DNA of 64,000 nt from Amoeboaphelidium protococcarum X5 (taxonomy: Eukaryota > Fungi > Aphelidiomycota). Shown here one piece after another: positions 56,628-64,000 of the stretch. How positions within the stretch are numbered: position 1 is the stretch's first letter; each line of letters opens with the position of its first letter. The position numbers were made by a program, and so were the translations under genes. The stretch lies in NCBI GenBank assembly GCA_023515725.1, contig JALDTO010000136.1, forward strand, positions 197,232 through 261,231. The letters are read 5' to 3'. Under the pieces are notes generated by a model. It was not told where the DNA came from. It did no database searches and worked only from the letters and a program-made list of their open reading frames with translations.

Positions 56628-57113
56628 TCAATCAGCCTTAGCAGTGGTAGCGGTAGATCCCTTGGACAAAAGCACAGGTCTTACCACAGTCTAGTACAAG
56701 ACAAGTGCACCCTTAGTCTATGGCCATAGCAAGTAAATCAAAGCTGCCAACTTAACAATGTAATAGAAAGGAAACCATTTCTAGATCATCTCGCTGAATA
56801 CATCCAACATGGACAAGAATGAGTACAGAACCCAGTAGACAAGCAGTTGGCCTTCAGTGTCCTTATCAGCAGACTTGCTAGTCAGCAGAGATTCAACAGT
56901 GCTGAAAGTCAGAGCTGCAGGGTAGATAAAGCCAATAACATTGACAATGAAAGCTGGTGCAACATTCAGAAAGATGAGGGTCAGGAGAATGAAGGCAAGA
57001 GCAACAACAGCATACACCTTAGGAACTCCAGTCTATTGCTCCAACTATTTCAACACTGGAAATTTGGACAATTCAGCATCCAATTTGCTTTAATACATCT
57101 AAACTTGATCCAT
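56628..57113 (-). CDS. YOP1: Yop1/REEP (TB2/DP1) ER-shaping protein
   Basis: LEQQTGVPKVY, IGFIYPA, QLLVYWVLYSF, WFPFYY, GALVLY. Confidence 0.88.
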
Positions 57114-57352
57114 ATTGAGCGATGAACTGTATTCCTGGAATCAATTTAATTTTCTTTAAATTCTGAACAATGAGATGATGATGGAGTAAAGAATCCTTAA
57201 TAGAAAGAATGAAGATTGTTGTTTGCCACACCTGAACAGACAGTGAGGACGACAACGCGCGCGATTCGCCTGACGACCGCTTGGGCTCTGATCAAACGAA
57301 CGACAGCTGCGGTAAGAGCAATATGAAAGACAGGGGAAATCCAGGGACGCGG

Positions 57353-59393
57353 TCACATTATGGAGTGATGAATATTGCTAGCCCGTAACTCGAAACGCTT
57401 CAGAATAGTGTATGACTTTAAAATAAGTTTAAATATATTGCAAATGAATTATTCAATCTATTAAACATTTACTGACTTACTATTGGCAATGTTCAACCTT
57501 TAATCCAAACTTTAATCCGGCCTATCCAGTTTCAACCGGCGAAGAGATGAGTGAATAGACTTACCTACGCCAAAACGTAGTAGAGTAATGAGCACCTGCA
57601 ATTGTCCTTTAGTAAGACTGGATGCGAATTCATCAAAAGTCTGATCAAGATTATGACTATTTAAGCGATTGTCGAATAGCTTCTTCAGTCCCAGTTTGAT
57701 TGCATATTTGAGCTAATTGTCAGATGGAGTAGCACATCGCCATTACGCGTCTTGTTACAACTGTCGATATTACGATCGTTTATCATTCTTCAAGTACGTA
57801 TCTACAGCTTTAAGTACAAAGTGCAGCTTGTTCTTATGGATTGGAAGGCGAATTTAATACTGAGCTTTTGTGGTCTTATCCTTGCAAAATTTAATGGCCT
57901 CATACATCGAAGTGGCAGCGGTCTTCTCAATCACAATCATACTCCCATCCAACATATTCAGCACGTATTTCTCAGATTCAACTTGGATCCAGGCAAGATT
58001 ATTCATAGCACTTAGGAGTCCACGTTAATTGTGACTTTGATTATTAGCTGAAAACAATTTCCACTCATCGCCAACCTTTACTTGTTTCAATAGTGTAAGC
58101 TAATCAGCTAGCTCCTGCTTAATGTCATTAGCATCCGATGTGGAGACGACTTGTTGACGCTCACAATCTACATCGACACCATCCTCAGTATCAGAGTGCA
58201 ATCCAAGCAGAGATGGAGAGGTGTACGCCTTGTTTCGAGTACAATTATCAACAAAGTCGAGTACGGTGCAAACTTACTTGCTAGCATGCAACCTCATACC
58301 GCGGCCTACCATTTACTGAAACAAGGTGGCAGACTTGGTAGGACGTGCCATTACTATGCAGTCAATGTTGGGTATATCGGTGCCTTCTGTTAAGATGGCA
58401 CAATTGATAAGCACTGGTGTTTCGCCAGCTTTAAATTGTTGAATCGATTAAAATCGTTCTACATTATGTGTCTTAGCAGTGATTACGCGGCATGGTACGT
58501 TGCAAAGTTGGAATTACTGCTGTAATGCCAAGCAATGAGCTACATCAACAGCAAATACAATGGTAGACTTCAACTGCTTCTCGCTGGACACCTATTTCCA
58601 TGACTGAACGACAGCTTAATTTCTCTCTTTAGTGTTTACAAGACGAGACAGTTCAGTCAAATCGTAATCCTCTGCCACCATCTTGATCTTTGCCAGAGAT
58701 TGCTCCAGATCCACCTCAGCTTTAACACTTTGCACGTTGATATCACACAACCACCCGTCCTGTATCATTTCGCGCAAGTCTTTATGATACACAATCTCTT
58801 GGAAGACTTTACCAAGACTGATGGCATCGTGTCGCTAAACTGTGGCGGAACATCCCCATAAAAAGAGATGAGAATCCTCTTGCAAAGCACCAAAATGATC
58901 AAAGATTCGCATGTAAGTCGAGGCAGTTGCATGATGAGCTACCTAAACAAAGTCACTCAATTATAATTACTAATTATAGAACGATCGACGGGTGTATTGT
59001 ATTACCTTCATCAATCAATATTGCCTTAAAGTCTTGAGGGCTATACTTTTAAATTCTGGACGTCCGGGAGCGTGAAAGAGACTGAACACTTGCGACAATG
59101 GCATCAGAATCCAAGACATTAGCTTTACGATTTCCAATATCAATATCGACACGCAGATGGGGAGCAAACTTTCTAATTTATGTGTAAGCTTAACTTATAA
59201 GCTCCTGACGATGAGCCAAGACTAATGTTTTAACTGCAGAGGGAGTTGGACTAGGAATTTGAGGTATCAGATTGCTAAAAATGACTGTCTTACCAGCGGC
59301 AACAGGCAGACTGACAATTTGTCTTTTAATTCCACGCCTTAAAGCAGCCAGCGACTCTTCAATGCATTACAACTGGTAATTTCGCAATTACAT
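57353..59393 (-). CDS. IRC3: Irc3-like superfamily 2 DExH helicase; intron 58939-59005; 3' end uncertain
   Basis: [24 protein letters not shown]|AHH across the intron, [23 protein letters not shown]. Confidence 0.82.
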
Positions 59394-59523
59394 AACAAAT
59401 CAGATAAGGATGTAGTCTCGAGTTGTTTTAATTGAAAAGAAGATGAAAACGATCAGATAAACGCGTAATCTTTAGTGGAAACGAAATCATAACTCATTTA
59501 ATCTACAGTATGGCAAATTGTAC

Positions 59524-60708
59524 TCAGGATGTAGAAATGACATGTTTAGCGCGCTATATAATCAGTTCCATTGTGATGACAGCGTCTTCTACCGGGTCGT
59601 GTCCCTGGAGCGATTCTTGGATAAACTTTTGCAGATGATCTTTTGACAGCTATTTAAGAGAGTATCGATATGGTAAACCTTTTGGATGTTTGAACAGAAT
59701 AGATGTGTCTATACAGTTGCGGTGAATTAACCGTAGAGCTTGCAAATCATTCTCCAGCGAGTGAGCAGCAAGAATAGTCTCTTTATTCATTAAATGGATA
59801 AGATCCTGTCTCACTTGATGCAAAGATTTCTTTGGCAGTTTATACTTTTGGGGATCATCCCACATCTCTTGCGTAAGGCCACTGTATCGGGTATTGAAAT
59901 CTACAATATCACCTTCAGTTTCCACAAGAGTGTTGATCACAACTTTGCAATCGATATCAACCGCAACCAGTCGCATAAGTTCTACTCCTTACGTGGTGTA
60001 CCCCATTTCTCCATCGATGGATAAAATATGATGACGATTATGTTTCTAAGTACCACAGGAATCTTTCAGATGAGAACTAAAATCAATAAAATCAAAACGC
60101 GCCTGCAACTCTTCACATGATTTATACTTGAAAACGTGAGGTCCAAATTCACATCCTTAAGAACCAACAGGAGCATCACAGCAGCCGTACGTTCTGAGAT
60201 TGCTGCGATTTTTATAAACTTTGGCTGTATGGAATCTGCAAGCTTCGCGCTCACTAGCAGTTAAAGTCTCTAGTCCTTAAGGAATGAAATGCCTCTGACA
60301 TCGCTCGCATTATCTAACCAATGGATCTACCAGGTGTTACCTACCAAAGGCAGCTGACGGGTAATCATACTTGGACATTTGGGCATCAGATAACTGAAAC
60401 ATCTTTAGTGTGTTGATAAGGGATTTATCAGCCTTTTTTGCAACTACCTGATTGCCACCTTTGGGTGGACTCTATTACAAAGGCTACTTGCGCAATTTGA
60501 CTAGAGCTAGAGCGCAATTGTTTCTATATGTCAGAGCGGTTGACGCGTCATGTATCATTGCTTCATGTTCAAGAGATTTTTCGCTTGCTTCAGCTTCATC
60601 CTCTTCATACAGCCTCAGATACTGCTCATAAAGTTTATTCACAGTGTGCTGCCTTTACTTGACAGGACATTTGGTCTGTTTCACCACTAGTTTCGGCTGC
60701 ATCGACAT
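59524..60708 (-). CDS. DEDDh RNA exonuclease, Rex3/REXO1-like
   Basis: SIDGEMGYT, DFNTRYSG, AHSLENDLQALRLIH, IDTS, GHDPVEDA; Cys/His-rich middle region. Confidence 0.85.
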
Positions 60709-60990
60709 ATTTCTTTCCCCCTTATCACCGAAAGAATGAATTTTCTGAAACCGAGAACAATTTATCGCACGGCCAGAATAAAGTGAGGGAATACGCACGC
60801 TGGCGAAAGCTCTTTCCGTACGATCGCCTTTGTTCGTTTCGGGCAGCATCTGAGATTGAAACACACGCTATCGGCCGGCGCGCGTGTTAAGGTTAAGGTT
60901 CGCGCGCATGAAAAATTATTAACAAAGAATCTTTGCCGTTTTTCTCTTCCCGCTTGAAAGTGAGTACACACTATATCTACTAGAGTATAA

Positions 60991-62385
<1,395 letters not shown>

Positions 62386-62739
62386 GTGGAAGGGAAAAGG
62401 AATAATGAGTAGCAGTGAAAGGAAATAATAGTGAAAATTTATTGAGACTCTTGTTTTGAAATTGGCATCCAGGCCCCGAATGGGTGACACTGGCATGCTC
62501 GCGGTAATTATAAGGTAATCATAAGGTAATCATAAGGTAATCATACAATGTTTTAGAGTCGTGAAGATCAAGATTAAAGAAAACGAAGCGAAAACGAAGC
62601 ACACTTTATTATTCAAGTCTCCCCTCCGACTTGGGAGATAGAGAGACTACGAAAACCAAGACGAAAATAGTATTACTTTATTATTCAATTCTCCCCACCC
62701 ACCTGGGAGAAAGAGGGATTAAGGAGCCAACGCTAGGAA

Positions 62740-63115
62740 CCAGTACCAACGCCAGGACCAGTAGCAACAGCAGCAGCAGCAGCAGCAGCACCAACAACAT
62801 CAGCAGCAGGACCAACAGCACCAACAGAAGGACCAACAGCACCAACAGAAGGACCAACAGCATCAGCAGCAGGACCAACAACAGCATCAGCAGGACCAAC
62901 AACATCAGCAGCAGCACCAACAGCACCAACAGAAGGACCAACAGCACCAACAGAAGGACCAACAGCACCAACAGAAGGACCAACAACACCGACAGCAGGG
63001 CCAACAGCACCAACAACATCAGCAGCAGCAGCAGAAGTAGCAGGACCAGTACCAGCGCCAGAACTAGTAGCAGCAGCAGGACTAGTACCAGTACCAGTAC
63101 CAACAGCAGCAGCAA
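62740..63115. repeat. Triplet-periodic low-complexity minisatellite with a 21-bp core GGACCAACAGCACCAACAGAA, probably coding (strand ambiguous)
   Basis: The repeat is directly visible; open frames at 62548-63162 (+, PTAPTEG repeats) and 62685-63236 (-, VGAVGPS repeats). Confidence 0.85.
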
Positions 63116-63234
63116 TGCCAATGTAAAACGTGTAAGATTTTATGGAGAAAAGAAAAGCTTGAAGTAGAGCATGCCTTTTATACTGTGCGGGTGAATCATT
63201 TAAAACTGAACCATGAACACGTCGTCGTCGCAGC

Positions 63235-63340
63235 ATATACCAATTGTATCACTGGAATTCCACCACACATAGCATTTGATTCAATCGATATACCAATTGT
63301 ATCACTGGAATTCCACCACACATAGCATTTGATTCAATCG
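63235..63340. repeat. Perfect 53-bp tandem duplication
   Basis: ATATACCAATTGTATCACTGGAATTCCACCACACATAGCATTTGATTCAATCG at 63235 and 63288. Confidence 0.95.
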
Positions 63341-63575
63341 AAATCACATCACATCACATCACAAACACGTAGTCGCATAATTGCATTCGTTTGCGGCGTT
63401 CGTCGCACAGCCGCAACATTCCAGTACATAATATGCATAGCTAGTAGCATTTCAATCAAAGGCCAAAAAACTAAATATAGATATATCTCAATGGCGCATT
63501 TATATCATTGATCGCATCGCCTTTCGATCAGCCAATAGAAAGCAGTGATCTCTAATTCAATTTCCATCATTCCAA

Positions 63576-64000
63576 ATGACCCCCAAGCAATCAACCTTTT
63601 ATCTTCTTATTCTTAAACTGCTCATCATGTCTGCTCTTCTATTCGATATCATTAGTCCACGCCCAGCTAACGCTAGACGCGTCGTGCATCACAAGCGCGA
63701 TTTGAACACGGTAACTATTAAGTCCAGGACACTGGTATTTAGGGGCTGGGATCTACTGCTTATGTCAGCGCTTTACGTGTATGAGTAATTATAGGCATAC
63801 CACCCAGAGTTTATCAGTGTGGATAGGGTCGGAAAGCAGACGTTCGTAACGTTTGCAACTCGCGAAGACGCCGAACATGTAATGTGGTAACATCATCAAC
63901 ATCACAGGCTGTTCCACGAGCCAGTCACAGTGCACTATGCATTTAATGTAGTGCATATTGGCAATCATCAGCGAGGGAGATTCACTGGGATTATTGAAGT
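63576..64000 (+). CDS. Hypothetical protein with a degenerate RRM-like segment; runs off the window
   Basis: Frame stays open with TAR=Gln: RTLVFRGW...QTFVTFATREDAEHV...PVTVHYA. Confidence 0.5.

Noticed and set aside
62631-63167. Poly-Leu (minus) and Ser/Thr/Asn/Arg (plus) ORFs from the track
   Set aside because: Alternative frames of the triplet-periodic repeat, lacking proper ATG starts.

Overview
This is gene-dense eukaryotic nuclear DNA read with a non-standard code: TAA and TAG encode Gln and TGA is the only stop (translation table 6). The supplied ORF track is therefore fragmented. Re-read with that code, the window holds about 33 compact genes with few short GT-AG introns (55-78 nt). 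The EF-1alpha opisthokont insertion, fungus-like metabolic genes, a p25alpha/TPPP gene and the TAR=Gln code together point to an aphelid such as Amoeboaphelidium (inference, no database search). Most genes are housekeeping: DPH3, ARC1-like, SWD1, ADCK kinase, mitochondrial IleRS, malate synthase, LSM1, NSE3, RPL13, ILV3, VPH1, PAS kinase, Rab7, MET6, PRP21, IRC3, REX3-like and EF-1alpha. Three accessory areas stand out. (1) A decayed retroelement-like island (about 28.3-32.5 kb) is followed by three tandem paralogs. Each fuses a GRDP/DUF1399-like domain and a basic NLS-like linker to a C-terminal ubiquitin- or SUMO-like fold that ends in Cys where Gly76 should be. This is the best candidate for an undescribed system. 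(2) Two tandem single-pass receptor-like non-RD kinases have kinase domains that stop at the same point after subdomain IX. (3) A repeat-rich, strand-ambiguous segment lies downstream of EF-1alpha. All gene models were made by hand and need confirmation.
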